From the NCBI GenBank assembly GCA_944389455.1, contig CALXMK010000011.1:4166-68165 (forward strand): a DNA stretch of 64,000 nt, in the 5' to 3' direction. Position 1 is the stretch's first letter, and each line of letters opens with the position of its first letter. Positions 11,875 through 21,572 of this stretch are shown piece by piece. A model generated the notes under the pieces. It saw nothing but the letters and a program-made list of their open reading frames with translations. It ran no database searches and was not told where the DNA came from. This DNA comes from an uncultured Verrucomicrobiota bacterium. GTDB taxonomy: Bacteria; Verrucomicrobiota; Verrucomicrobiia; Limisphaerales; UBA1412. The position numbers were made by a program, and so were the translations under genes.

Positions 11875-13272
11875 TTACTTTATCTCTTCACAGTCCCCCT
11901 GATAAGGGACGACGATTTGACTTTCGGGCAATTGAGTGCGTAAAGTTTCACCAAAAGCGATGGATTGATTTTCCTCTCCGTGCGTAACGAAAATTTTCTT
12001 GAGAGATCCTTTCAATTTGCCGATGTATTTTAAGAGTTCATCTCGATCGGCGTGGCCGGAGAAAGAGTCGATTTGAGCGACTTTGGCTTTAACTTTAAAG
12101 GGTTTGCCGAAGATGTTGACGGTCTTATCTCCGGATAAGATGGCATTGCCCAAGGTATTCTGGGCACAATAACCGATAAAGAGGATCAGAGTGTTTTTGT
12201 CCGCAATATGGTTTTTCAGATGATGTCGGATTCGTCCTGCTTCGCACATGCCTGAGGCGCTGATGATGATGGCAGGTTCATTGATGTTATTGAGCTTCAT
12301 GGATTGTGCGACTTCCCGAATATATGTCAGATTCCCCATACCAAAGGGATTGGTGCCGGATTGAAGAAACTCATAGATCTCATTATTAAAACATTCCGGA
12401 TGGAGACGATAAACTTCTGTGGCATTAACGCTTAGAGGACTGTCCACAAAGATTGGAACTTCAGGGAGTTTTCCGTCAAGGGTGAGCTGATGCAGCGTAT
12501 AAACGATATCTTGTGTGCGCCCCATGCTGAAGGCGGGAATGAGCACTGTGGCGCGATTGTGCAGAGCTTCTCCAACATATTTTAGAACTTCTTCCGTAGA
12601 CTTAGTTTTGGTTTCGTGCAGACGGTCTCCATAGGTGCTTTCGATATGGAGGTAGTCTACATTTTCTACCGGATCCGGATCACGCAGAATTTCGTCATTG
12701 CCGCGCCCCAGGTCTCCCGTAAAAAGATAACGAAATTTTTTCCCGTTTTCTTCGATATCTAGACAGATCTGGGATGATCCTAGAATATGCCCGGCATCAT
12801 AGAAAGTCAGAGTTACTCCGGGAGCAATCGGGATGGGGCGATAATAATTAAGCGTGACAAATTGCCTCATGGAACGTTCCGCGTCGGCTGGACCGTAGAG
12901 GGGGTCTACTGGAGGTAGCCCTTCTTTAGCCCGTTCTTTGGAGACGAAGGCAGCGTCCGCTTTTTGGATTTTAGCGCTGTCTTCGAGAATGATACTGCAT
13001 AAATCGCGAGTTGCGAAGGTACTGTAGATGTTGCCGGTGAAACCTTTGAGGCAGAGAGAGGGAAGAACACCACAGTGATCAATATGTGCGTGGCTTAGCA
13101 CCACGCAATCGATCTTAGCAGGATCAAAATCGAATTTACTATTTTTTTCGATGGATTCCATTCGGCGTCCCTGGAACATGCCGCATTCGAGCAGAATCCT
13201 GTTGCCGTTTACTTCCAGTATATATTTTGAGCCGGTAGTTGTCCGGATAGCTCCCAGAAAATGCAATTTCAT
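11875..13272 (-). CDS. MBL-fold beta-CASP ribonuclease (CPSF / RNase J-like family)
   Basis: VVLSHAHIDHCG metallo-beta-lactamase motif, then beta-CASP-like ESTYGD, and a C-terminal GHADRDEL (motif C region). Confidence 0.8.
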   Translation of the reverse strand: MKLHFLGAIRTTTGSKYILEVNGNRILLECGMFQGRRMESIEKNSKFDFDPAKIDCVVLSHAHIDHCGVLPSLCLKGFTGNIYSTFATRDLCSIILEDSAKIQKADAAFVSKERAKEGLPPVDPLYGPADAERSMRQFVTLNYYRPIPIAPGVTLTFYDAGHILGSSQICLDIEENGKKFRYLFTGDLGRGNDEILRDPDPVENVDYLHIESTYGDRLHETKTKSTEEVLKYVGEALHNRATVLIPAFSMGRTQDIVYTLHQLTLDGKLPEVPIFVDSPLSVNATEVYRLHPECFNNEIYEFLQSGTNPFGMGNLTYIREVAQSMKLNNINEPAIIISASGMCEAGRIRHHLKNHIADKNTLILFIGYCAQNTLGNAILSGDKTVNIFGKPFKVKAKVAQIDSFSGHADRDELLKYIGKLKGSLKKIFVTHGEENQSIAFGETLRTQLPESQIVVPYQGDCEEIK

Positions 13273-13464
13273 CTTTGACGCCTTTCTTTTTCGTTTTCTA
13301 TTGACCTAAATTTGAGGTACTGCCTATATATTAGCTGTTTTAGAGGTTTCTTCAAAATAAAAAGAGAATAAAAATAATTTTATTTAATTATAACATCTTG
13401 TCTATTATGAGGTAGTCTTGATAAGAAAGCTTTTATTTTTCCTTGATCGATAATTTTGAAATGC

Positions 13465-13500
13465 TAAAAAAAGCCCATCCACTATATCTAGAAGACGGGC
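13465..13500 (-). terminator. Rho-independent terminator (minus strand)
   Basis: On the minus strand, gcccgtc...gatgggc forms a stem (one G-U pair) followed by TTTTTTT. It lies just downstream of the 13536 gene end. Confidence 0.5.
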
Positions 13501-13535
13501 CAAGGTGTGTAATATGTTTTATAGTTTAATTCTTT

Positions 13536-14801
13536 CTATGAACTTTTCTCTGAAGATTCCTTGCTGCAGAATTGTTCAAAGTTTCTTCCCAGAATATCCT
13601 GAAGATCTCGGGAAATTTCTTCATCGGAGATTTCCCATCCGGAAGCTTCCAGAGCGGAGTATTTTTCACTGAGAGTCAGAATGAGCGATTCTTTGAAATG
13701 AGTCCACTTGTAAATAATTTGGTCCAAGACGCGTGCATCTGAGTGCTGAGCGGTGAAGCTAAGTCCCAGTAATTCAAAACGCAGCGTTGAGATTTCATCC
13801 ATTAAGGTGGGAATATTGGTGAACCACCAACAGCCAAAAGGATGAAGATTACGGAATTTACGGGCGGCTACGCAGAGAGAGTGTTGATTCTCGCGGCTTA
13901 AGGCCGTGACCAGGAAACGGTTTTCGGGGAAGTTTCTGCAGAGATTTTCCACAGAAGTGATGGAAGAAAGCCCCACACTATCTCCGGCTAGACAAAGCTG
14001 CGGATTAACCGCACGGGTTACTCCGCACATCATCGCAAAGGGGAGTCCCCGTTCACGGCAGAAGGGAAGAATGACTTTGGAGAGCATTTTATGCCGAGAG
14101 GTTTCTACCTGATAACTAAATTCGGGAGGTAGAGAGACCATTAGGTAGAGAGGGTTAAGTTTATCGGCCCAATCACTGAGGAATCGGAAGAGTTCATCTC
14201 TTACTTCCTGAGTCAGGGCTTCTGCGACGTTATATCCTTTTTCTCGAAGGTAAGCGATGGTATTTCCGTAATCCAGCAACAGCGGATCTATTCGCAGAGC
14301 GGTGAGGAATCGTGGATCCTGTTGAAGCCCTTTTTCCCAGTAGCTTGTTTCTTCTCGATCGAAGGGACTGTTGGTCATAACGACAGCTTTCAGTCCTGCC
14401 AGAGCAAAAGTTTCATCCACATGTTCCTCTAAGGATCGCTCTGCATACCATTTGCGAATGAGTTCGAGATCGCGTTTGCGGGGATCCAATCCCAGCATAT
14501 TGAGCGTGGTGATAACACCCCGGCAGCTTTCCGAAATAGGGGAGTGATGAAGGAAGAGTTCATTCCAGATGTATTGAGCCTGTTCACTTTTGCTAAGAGC
14601 AAAGAACTTGCTGTAGGGGATATTCATCCAACGAAAAGCTTCCGCTACCAAGTAGTGATAAACCAATAACTCATCAATTCCCCAGAGAAGCATCTTTCCC
14701 ATGGAAGGGGCATAGAGATGAGTATGGATATCAAGAATCTCGATTTGGTTCAATGCGTTACCAATACGGGTCTCTATAGGGACTTCTAAATTTTTTTTCA
14801 T
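13536..14801 (-). CDS. Amidohydrolase-fold protein, distant uronate (glucuronate) isomerase family
   Basis: N-terminal metal motif DIHTHLYAP (UxaC has DxHxHL). The C-terminal FGCWWFTNIPTLMDE...HSDARVL parallels the UxaC APWWFNDSP...TDSR pattern. It is 25 nt downstream of the transketolase-like gene on the same strand. Confidence 0.5.
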   Translation of the reverse strand: MKKNLEVPIETRIGNALNQIEILDIHTHLYAPSMGKMLLWGIDELLVYHYLVAEAFRWMNIPYSKFFALSKSEQAQYIWNELFLHHSPISESCRGVITTLNMLGLDPRKRDLELIRKWYAERSLEEHVDETFALAGLKAVVMTNSPFDREETSYWEKGLQQDPRFLTALRIDPLLLDYGNTIAYLREKGYNVAEALTQEVRDELFRFLSDWADKLNPLYLMVSLPPEFSYQVETSRHKMLSKVILPFCRERGLPFAMMCGVTRAVNPQLCLAGDSVGLSSITSVENLCRNFPENRFLVTALSRENQHSLCVAARKFRNLHPFGCWWFTNIPTLMDEISTLRFELLGLSFTAQHSDARVLDQIIYKWTHFKESLILTLSEKYSALEASGWEISDEEISRDLQDILGRNFEQFCSKESSEKSS

Positions 14802-14826
14802 TTTGCCTTTTGGGCTTATAACAAAA

Positions 14827-16878
14827 TTATTTACAGAGTTCCGTTGCAGCTTGGAGGATTCCCTCGGCAGTCATGCCCTGACTGCGGTAGAGTTGATCCG
14901 ATTTGTAGGCTGAGCGTCCAAATTCACCGCGGATGCCAAGCGATTTCATGTGGCAGGAGATTCCCTCTTGGACGAGGGCATGTGCAATCATGGCTCCCAT
15001 GCCGCAAATCAGCTGATGATCTTCAAGGGTCAGTATTTTCCCGTTTGTTTTGCGGACAGCAGCGCCAATTGTCTCAATATCCACTTTATTGACAAAGGGA
15101 GAGTTAATCAGCGTGGCACGGATACCCTGAGCTTCCATAAGTTTGAGAGATTCCATTGCGTATCCGAGCAAGGGACCGCAGGTGATTAAGGTCAGATCAT
15201 TCCCTTCAACCAGTAGTTGTGCTTTACCCCAAGGATAGTCGCTGTTTTCTTTCCAGCAGAGAGGATAACTTTCTCGGCCGACAAAAAAGATCATGGTATC
15301 CGGCTCCTTGCCAGCCTTTCTGTCTGCTTCAAACCTCTTGATGGCTTGATACATAAGGGATTGGGCTTCATCCGCGCAGGAAGGTGCGATTACCGTTGTA
15401 TGAGGAATGGAGGAGACCGCCGAGAAATAGGTAGTCGCCTGGTGAGAGGCTCCGTCGGCAGCATCTTGTAGTCCAACATGAGAGAAGATTGCAATTACCG
15501 GAGCCTGAGAGAGATTGGCCATCGTTAGTGGTAAGTTGCCTTTGGTGACGCCGAATTGCCCAAACGCATCGACAATAGGAATATAACCAAGCTTAGAAAA
15601 TCCCGCAGCGACACTAATCATATTAGATTCAGCAATGCCTACTTCTGTATAGCGATCGGGAAATGCTTTATGGAAAGAGGCGATTCCGGTAGAACCTTGG
15701 ACGTCGCAGCAGATTGAGTAGACCGGAGATCCTTCTTGAGCAGCTTGAATTACTCCCCGACTCAGACCGGACTGTGTTTTATCCTTTTTAACAGAGGGAG
15801 CAGCAACTTTGGAGATTGGATTCTTTTTAGCAGCTTCAGCAAGCATCCAATCTTCGTGGAGTTTTTCCGCCCAGATGATGAATTCGCCCGGAATGTTTTC
15901 TGTTCCACCATAAATTTCGGAGATGAAATCCAGAATTTTTTCGGCGTTTTTTAGAGGAAAACCGTGAGCGCCGCTAGGACTTTCTTCGGTGGATTTGACT
16001 CCTTTGCCCTTGATTGTTTTGCACCAAAGACAGACAGGTTTGGTAGGATTTGCCTTAGCTTTGGCAATAGCGGTTTCCAAAGCTTGATAGACGGCTTCCA
16101 GATTGTTGCCATCCGGAACTTTAATCATATCCCATCCCAATGTAGCCAGTGCTTCAATAGAAGGTTGCATTGAGTAGGAATCGTCACTGATTTTTCCGGA
16201 AAGTTTGGCATTATTATCTGAGAGCAGCATCACAAAGGGGTTGAGCTTACCTTTAGAGGCAAAACCAGGAATTGCACTAAATGCTTCTTTTGCTTCGCCT
16301 TCCATACTGGCCCCATCAGACATTACGCAGAGAGTAACCCTGTCTTTTCCTGCTATTTTATCGGCCATTGCCAATCCTTGTGCCTGAGGAAGAGAGGATC
16401 CCAAAGGTCCGTTGCTTAGAAAAACTCCTTCGGGATTAAGATGAGATTCTCCATGACCGGTGAGTTTGCTCTCAAAACTGCGGAATCCCTTTAGGGATTC
16501 AAAGGTCATATCGTCGAAACCGTAATTGGCACGCAGAGCATAGATACCATTCTCTGCATGACCGGCGTCGTTGACAAAATGATAGGCTTCATACCAGGGC
16601 CTTCCTTGAACAGAAAACATAATGGCATGAGCTGCCGAGATAATTTCAGCAAAAGCAGAGGGGCCCCCCCAGTGGGAAGCGGCACCGCCTATTACAGCGT
16701 GCAGATCCATTAGGGCAATTAAGGCGCGGTTAGCACGAGGATCTGCGGCGATAACTTCTTGACCTGCTGTATTTTTGATTTTTACGGAATAGCGGGGCTC
16801 AGCCGTTGGGGCGGGAGCGAGTTTGTTCTTAATCGGCAGCGGAGTAAACGAAATCGGATGGGAAGATACTTCTGTCAT
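14827..16878 (-). CDS. Divergent transketolase-family thiamine-diphosphate enzyme
   Basis: TPP-binding pattern GHGESH...GPLGSSLPQAQGLA...MSDGASMEGEAKEAF...LLSDNNAKLSG (SDG replaces the usual GDG). Pyrimidine-binding and C-terminal domains are present. About 60 aa of atypical N-terminal extension. Confidence 0.7.
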   Translation of the reverse strand: MTEVSSHPISFTPLPIKNKLAPAPTAEPRYSVKIKNTAGQEVIAADPRANRALIALMDLHAVIGGAASHWGGPSAFAEIISAAHAIMFSVQGRPWYEAYHFVNDAGHAENGIYALRANYGFDDMTFESLKGFRSFESKLTGHGESHLNPEGVFLSNGPLGSSLPQAQGLAMADKIAGKDRVTLCVMSDGASMEGEAKEAFSAIPGFASKGKLNPFVMLLSDNNAKLSGKISDDSYSMQPSIEALATLGWDMIKVPDGNNLEAVYQALETAIAKAKANPTKPVCLWCKTIKGKGVKSTEESPSGAHGFPLKNAEKILDFISEIYGGTENIPGEFIIWAEKLHEDWMLAEAAKKNPISKVAAPSVKKDKTQSGLSRGVIQAAQEGSPVYSICCDVQGSTGIASFHKAFPDRYTEVGIAESNMISVAAGFSKLGYIPIVDAFGQFGVTKGNLPLTMANLSQAPVIAIFSHVGLQDAADGASHQATTYFSAVSSIPHTTVIAPSCADEAQSLMYQAIKRFEADRKAGKEPDTMIFFVGRESYPLCWKENSDYPWGKAQLLVEGNDLTLITCGPLLGYAMESLKLMEAQGIRATLINSPFVNKVDIETIGAAVRKTNGKILTLEDHQLICGMGAMIAHALVQEGISCHMKSLGIRGEFGRSAYKSDQLYRSQGMTAEGILQAATELCK

Positions 16879-17135
16879 ATTTTGTCTTTGTGGCTTATAT
16901 TAATTATACTTTCAAGACCTCTTATACGAGGCTGAAATTACTATAAAGCAGTTTAGTTTAAATTCTGTCATTTGTCATCAATTATTTCCTGGATAGTGCT
17001 CTGAGTAAATGATTGCTTCATGAGGATGAACTGTTGAATTTTCGCAAAAGAATATGTTAAACTAAAGTCAGCAGCGGAGGAGATTGGAGAAAGTTCTCTT
17101 CCAGTATAAGAATTTAAATAGAAGAGAGTTATATT

Positions 17136-17633
17136 ATGCCGATTTATGAATATGCGTGTCCTCGATGTAGGAAAGTTTTCAGTTTTTTCTCAAAAACGCT
17201 TACTCCGCCGCGTCAGCCGAATTGTCCGCAATGCGGACTCGAGAATTTGGAAAAAGTGTTGAGTCGTTTTTCGGCTCCGAGAGGAGTTCAAGAACCCTCT
17301 GCCAAATCGGAGGGTGAGGGTCCGATGCTCAGCGCGGCGGATGAGGCCAGAATGGAGGCTGTTATGGGAGAGCTTGAGCGGGATATGGATCATATTGATG
17401 AAAACAATCCAAAACACTTGGCTTATATGATGAAGAGGATGAAGGATGCGATGCCGCCTGGAATGATGCCTAAAGAATTTGACGAAGCTATGAAAAGGCT
17501 GGAGAAGGGGGAATCTCCTGAAAAAATCGAGGAGGAAATGGGAGATATTTTTGGAATGGATGAAGAGGGAGGAGCTCAGGAAAGAGGAGGCTTGGAGAGC
17601 TACTCCCATGACAGCGGATTATATGATTATTAA
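17136..17633 (+). CDS. FmdB-family CxxC-CxxC zinc-ribbon protein with acidic C-terminal extension
   Basis: MPIYEYACPRCRKVF...CPQCG is the hallmark of the FmdB zinc-ribbon family. Confidence 0.75.
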   Translation: MPIYEYACPRCRKVFSFFSKTLTPPRQPNCPQCGLENLEKVLSRFSAPRGVQEPSAKSEGEGPMLSAADEARMEAVMGELERDMDHIDENNPKHLAYMMKRMKDAMPPGMMPKEFDEAMKRLEKGESPEKIEEEMGDIFGMDEEGGAQERGGLESYSHDSGLYDY

Positions 17634-17651
17634 AAGGAGTATTATTGCAGA

Positions 17652-18458
17652 TTAGATAGTTTGCGAGAGAAATCCTCCATCCACGCGGATATCACTGCCA
17701 GTGATAAAACTGCCGGCCCGCGGTGAAGCCAGCAGCAGAATCGCTCCTGCCAGTTCTTCCGGTTTGCCAAAGCGTTTCATAGGGGTGTGGTTCCAGATAG
17801 AGCGGGTGCGTTCTGTAGGAGAACCGTCTTTATTAAAAAGGAGTGAGCGGTTTTGTTGAGCGGGGAAGAATCCCGGAGTCACCGAATTGACACGAACTCC
17901 ATGGGGAGCCCATTCACGGGCAAGAAAACGGGTTAAATTAAGTACGGCAGCCTTGGCAGCGCTATAAGCAACTACTTTGGAAAGAGGAATGTGTGCCGAG
18001 ACGCTGGCGAAATTGATAATGCTGCCCTTGCCTTGACGACACATCGCGGTGCCAAAGACTTGACAAGGCAGGATGATGCCTGCCATCAGGTTAGTATCGA
18101 TGAGCTTTTGCCAGTCGTCTTGCTCGATTTGTTCAAACCCATGTTCGGGGGAGGTAGTAGCAGCTGGTGAATTCCCGCCTGCTGCGTTGACCAGAATAGA
18201 GGGTTCTCCTAGCTCTTGGATGATAGCTTTCTGTACTGATTGCAGGGATTGTTTTTGTGAGGCGTCGGCAGAGAAAAAGGCAGCTTTCCCTCCTTGGTGT
18301 AAGATGGATTGAACTCGAGCCTGACCGCGTTCTGCATTGCGGCCTATGATAGCAATGCTTGCTCCGGCCTGTGCAAGCGCTTCGGCGGCATGGCCGCCCA
18401 ATTCTCCTGTGGCTCCGATAACGACAGCGACTTCTCCAGTCAGATTAAAAATATCCAT
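17652..18458 (-). CDS. Short-chain dehydrogenase/reductase (SDR) family oxidoreductase
   Basis: Cofactor motif VIGATGELGG, NAAGG, and the catalytic YSAAKAA. Confidence 0.85.
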   Translation of the reverse strand: MDIFNLTGEVAVVIGATGELGGHAAEALAQAGASIAIIGRNAERGQARVQSILHQGGKAAFFSADASQKQSLQSVQKAIIQELGEPSILVNAAGGNSPAATTSPEHGFEQIEQDDWQKLIDTNLMAGIILPCQVFGTAMCRQGKGSIINFASVSAHIPLSKVVAYSAAKAAVLNLTRFLAREWAPHGVRVNSVTPGFFPAQQNRSLLFNKDGSPTERTRSIWNHTPMKRFGKPEELAGAILLLASPRAGSFITGSDIRVDGGFLSQTI

Positions 18459-18474
18459 TATTGACTAAAAAGTA

Positions 18475-18508
18475 TTAAAAAAAACGTTCCCCCTTAGGGG
18501 GAACGTTT
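18475..18508 (-). terminator. Rho-independent terminator (minus strand)
   Basis: Perfect stem aacgttccccc / gggggaacgtt with a 3-nt loop. On the minus strand a run of T follows it. It lies downstream of the 18553 gene end. Confidence 0.8.
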
Positions 18509-18552
18509 AGAGAAACAATATTATCAAAAAACATTTATTATATGATAAAAAA

Positions 18553-18738
18553 TTATCTACCTTCTAACATCTGAGCTGGGAGATTGCTATCCCATCCGCG
18601 AGGGCTGTTCCAAGGACGATCAGAGTTATTAGCAAGATCATCTTCTGTCGTTTTACATGATGTTGTTAGACAGCAGAAAAGGACCAGCGCCGGCAGGATC
18701 AAAAGATAAAAGGTAAATTTAGGGTATCTCTTTATCAT
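18553..18738 (-). CDS. Small putative lipoprotein / secreted peptide (61 aa)
   Basis: N-terminal hydrophobic segment ending in LTTSC (lipobox-like). A GAGG-type RBS lies upstream and a strong terminator downstream. Confidence 0.45.
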   Translation of the reverse strand: MIKRYPKFTFYLLILPALVLFCCLTTSCKTTEDDLANNSDRPWNSPRGWDSNLPAQMLEGR

Positions 18739-18770
18739 ATAATAAACCTCACTACACGACTCTGCAAATC

Positions 18771-19535
18771 TTAAAATTTTGCGGCCATAACGGTGTCTCC
18801 CTCTAGAATGATTTCACCTTCGGTTAGCCAACCTGGCATCAGGCTGGCCACACTATAGGTAGGTTCTACGGAGACAACTTTTACACGGCCAATCAGGCGT
18901 CCGTCACGGGCTACAAGCAATTCACCCGATTCGGCAACTTCATTATTGGATCCGATATCCAGTACGACGAAATCCCATTTAGGATCCACGGCAGTGACTT
19001 TGCCCTTCAGGTTTTCAGGCAGAGCAACCATCTGAACTCCTTGAGTATAACGGGCCAAATCTGTCTCTAAACGGGTAATTTTACGAGAGAGAAGTTCATT
19101 CTCATCTAACAGAGCGGTGTTGTTTACGACAGCTTCACGTAAATCAGCCTGCATCTGACGAACTCCGTCAGGCTGCAATCCTAATGCATCCCAACGAGAA
19201 AGTTTGGAATTAGCGTCGCTGAGACTTTTTTCCGTTTCTTCCAGTTGAGCCATCTTCTCTTGAGCTAACTTATTGAGATCATCGCGTTGACGAATAGTCT
19301 GATCGAGCTGAGATCTGGTATCAACAAGGTCGGCGGTAGCGACTTTGAGATTTTCTTGGGTTTCTTTCAAAGTGGCAGATGTCTCACGCAGATTACGCTG
19401 CGTGTTGCTGAGATTATCCCGGGTTGAAGTCAAATCAGCCTGTAAGGTTGTGATTTTTTCTTTTACCTGAGTAACGCTTACACTGACAGATACAAGTCCC
19501 GCCACAAGGGCTATTATCAAAGCTGCTCTAAACAT
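18771..19535 (-). CDS. Membrane-anchored coiled-coil protein with C-terminal beta-domain, function unknown
   Basis: I prefer the internal ATG at 19535 (MFRAALIIALVAGLVSVSV) over the ORF-track start at 19589. The middle is a long heptad-like, Q/L/E/T-rich region. The C-terminus reads GKVTAVDPKWDFVVLDIGS...GRVKVVSVEP. Confidence 0.55.
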   Translation of the reverse strand: MFRAALIIALVAGLVSVSVSVTQVKEKITTLQADLTSTRDNLSNTQRNLRETSATLKETQENLKVATADLVDTRSQLDQTIRQRDDLNKLAQEKMAQLEETEKSLSDANSKLSRWDALGLQPDGVRQMQADLREAVVNNTALLDENELLSRKITRLETDLARYTQGVQMVALPENLKGKVTAVDPKWDFVVLDIGSNNEVAESGELLVARDGRLIGRVKVVSVEPTYSVASLMPGWLTEGEIILEGDTVMAAKF

Positions 19536-19751
19536 AGATGTCTCTAAACAACGCACCTTGAGTCTAAACTCAATTTTTATATCTGTCAAGTGGCGGATGA
19601 GATAAATTTTTTCTCTTCCTCAAATTATCTGTTTTATTTGAAGTTTGTTGGGATCTTGTAAAATTAAAAGTTTGAAGAAAGATAGAATAGTTATTCTTTT
19701 TTTCATTAGAATGGGAATCTTTTCCCTTTTTGCTAAGGCCCAGGAAAGGAA

Positions 19752-21521
19752 TCAATCAATTGCCGTAATAGCAGAGCTGTTTGAGGCATCAATGGCTCGG
19801 CGGTAGTATTCACTGGTTTGGAGAAGCTGTTCATGGGAGCCAATGGCTTGGATACGGCCGTCTACCAGTACCAAAATAAGGGACGCATGGGCGAGAGTAG
19901 ACATACGGTGTGCAATCATGAAGGTAGTTCTCTTCTTAGCTAGAAGTCTGAGTGCTTCAATTACGTACAGCTGATTTTCTGCATCCAGTGCACTGGTTGG
20001 TTCATCAAGAATAAGAATAGGTGCATTTTTGAGAAAAGCACGAGCCAGACAGAGCCTCTGCTTTTCTCCGACTGAGAGACGAGAGCCGCCATCTCCAATA
20101 TGAGTTTCCCATCGGTTGGGAAGTCGCTCGATGACGGTATCAATATGGACAAGACGCGCGACGTCCATCATCTCTTCTTGAGTAGCCCCTTCTCGGCCGA
20201 AAAGGATATTTTCACGGACTGTTCCAGGAATAATAAGGGGTTCTTGATGAACGTAGGAAATAGAGCGTCGAAGACTATTCAAGTTATAGTTGCGGATATC
20301 CAATCCATTGATTCGGATAGAGCCGCTTTCTGGATCAAAAGAACGAGAGAGCAGCTGTACCAGAGTGGTTTTGCCGGAGCCATTGGGACCCACTATGGCG
20401 AGGAATTCCCCTGGGACAATTTTAAAAGACAGGTCATGTATGATTTGTCTAGCAGGAGTGTATCCGAAGTTGACATGTTCAAATTCTACCGAGAGTCCAT
20501 GATCGGAAGAGGGGGCCATTGCTCCATTGGGTGGAGATTTGATCTCAGGCTGAGTATCTAGAACTTCAAAAACACGGGCCACGCCTGCGCGTGCATCGGC
20601 AAGTGTGGAACCGGCCTGGGTCAGCTGCTGAAGAGGAATATAAAATTGACTCAGGTAATTGGTAAAGACGATAAGTTCACCAACACTCAATCGGCCTGCA
20701 ATAACTTCATTAGCTCCGGCACAAATGATGCCTGCCATGCCCAGAGAGAAGATAATGCCGATAGAATTCTGATATATGATTTCTATCGTGTGTTGGTGAA
20801 GTCGTTTGTACCAGGCAGATTTATTGTATTTTGAAAATTGTTTTTCGGTGTAATCTTGGAGAACAAAACTTTGAATTGCGGAGATAGAGTTGATTGTCTG
20901 TTGAATATAGGTAGCGACTTGACTGTCGGCTTTGTGAGCCTGTACACTGCGGCGATTCATCATTTTGCCGTAAATTTTGATGCTCAAAACAAGCATCGGC
21001 AGAATGACGCAGGAGATAAAGGTAAGCATCTCGTTAACTTTCCACATAATCCAGAGCATGCTGAACATGGAAAGGAAGCTGGCGGCCGATGAGAACCAGA
21101 CGTGCTGGAAAAGAGTCTGGAAAGAGTAGGTATCCCAGCAGAGTCTGTAGATCATGTCTCCATGCTTTTGATTGAGGAAATAACTCAAAGAGAGTGTTTG
21201 CATCCAGCCGAAAAGACGCTGACGAATCTGTCTGAGTCCCTTGAGCCCAATCCGGATAACAACATAGTTTTGGATTGAAGTCAGGATGCTGGTTAGAAAG
21301 TAGATAACAAAGACCGATAGAGAACAGAGAAAGATTTGCAGAAAGAGAGTTTGTTCTCTAAAAGTTTTTCCCCAGGAACCGACCCAGTCAGGAAGAGGGT
21401 TATCTCCCAGAATATAATCCAAGAGCAGAGCGATAGGCCATGGCTTGAGAATGCCAATGCATGTACTCAAAAGAAGAAGCCCCAAAGCTACCAGAATGGA
21501 GCTTAGCTGGGGCTTGTACAA
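19752..21521 (-). CDS. ABC exporter, fused permease + ATPase (MsbA / lipid A exporter-like)
   Basis: Six-TM N-terminal half. Walker A GPNGSGKTT, signature LSVGEKQR and Walker B ILILDEPTSALD. TGA stop. Confidence 0.85.
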   Translation of the reverse strand: MYKPQLSSILVALGLLLLSTCIGILKPWPIALLLDYILGDNPLPDWVGSWGKTFREQTLFLQIFLCSLSVFVIYFLTSILTSIQNYVVIRIGLKGLRQIRQRLFGWMQTLSLSYFLNQKHGDMIYRLCWDTYSFQTLFQHVWFSSAASFLSMFSMLWIMWKVNEMLTFISCVILPMLVLSIKIYGKMMNRRSVQAHKADSQVATYIQQTINSISAIQSFVLQDYTEKQFSKYNKSAWYKRLHQHTIEIIYQNSIGIIFSLGMAGIICAGANEVIAGRLSVGELIVFTNYLSQFYIPLQQLTQAGSTLADARAGVARVFEVLDTQPEIKSPPNGAMAPSSDHGLSVEFEHVNFGYTPARQIIHDLSFKIVPGEFLAIVGPNGSGKTTLVQLLSRSFDPESGSIRINGLDIRNYNLNSLRRSISYVHQEPLIIPGTVRENILFGREGATQEEMMDVARLVHIDTVIERLPNRWETHIGDGGSRLSVGEKQRLCLARAFLKNAPILILDEPTSALDAENQLYVIEALRLLAKKRTTFMIAHRMSTLAHASLILVLVDGRIQAIGSHEQLLQTSEYYRRAIDASNSSAITAID

Positions 21522-21572
21522 AAGGAAAACTCGATAGGAGTTTTTATTCAGAACGGAAGAAGAGAAAAAGGT

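Noticed and set aside
19570-19755. A 61-aa ORF in the spacer after the ABC exporter.
   Set aside because: It overlaps the exporter stop codon, has a low-complexity K/N/S-rich translation and has no RBS. It is probably non-coding spacer that may hold the promoter of the coiled-coil gene.
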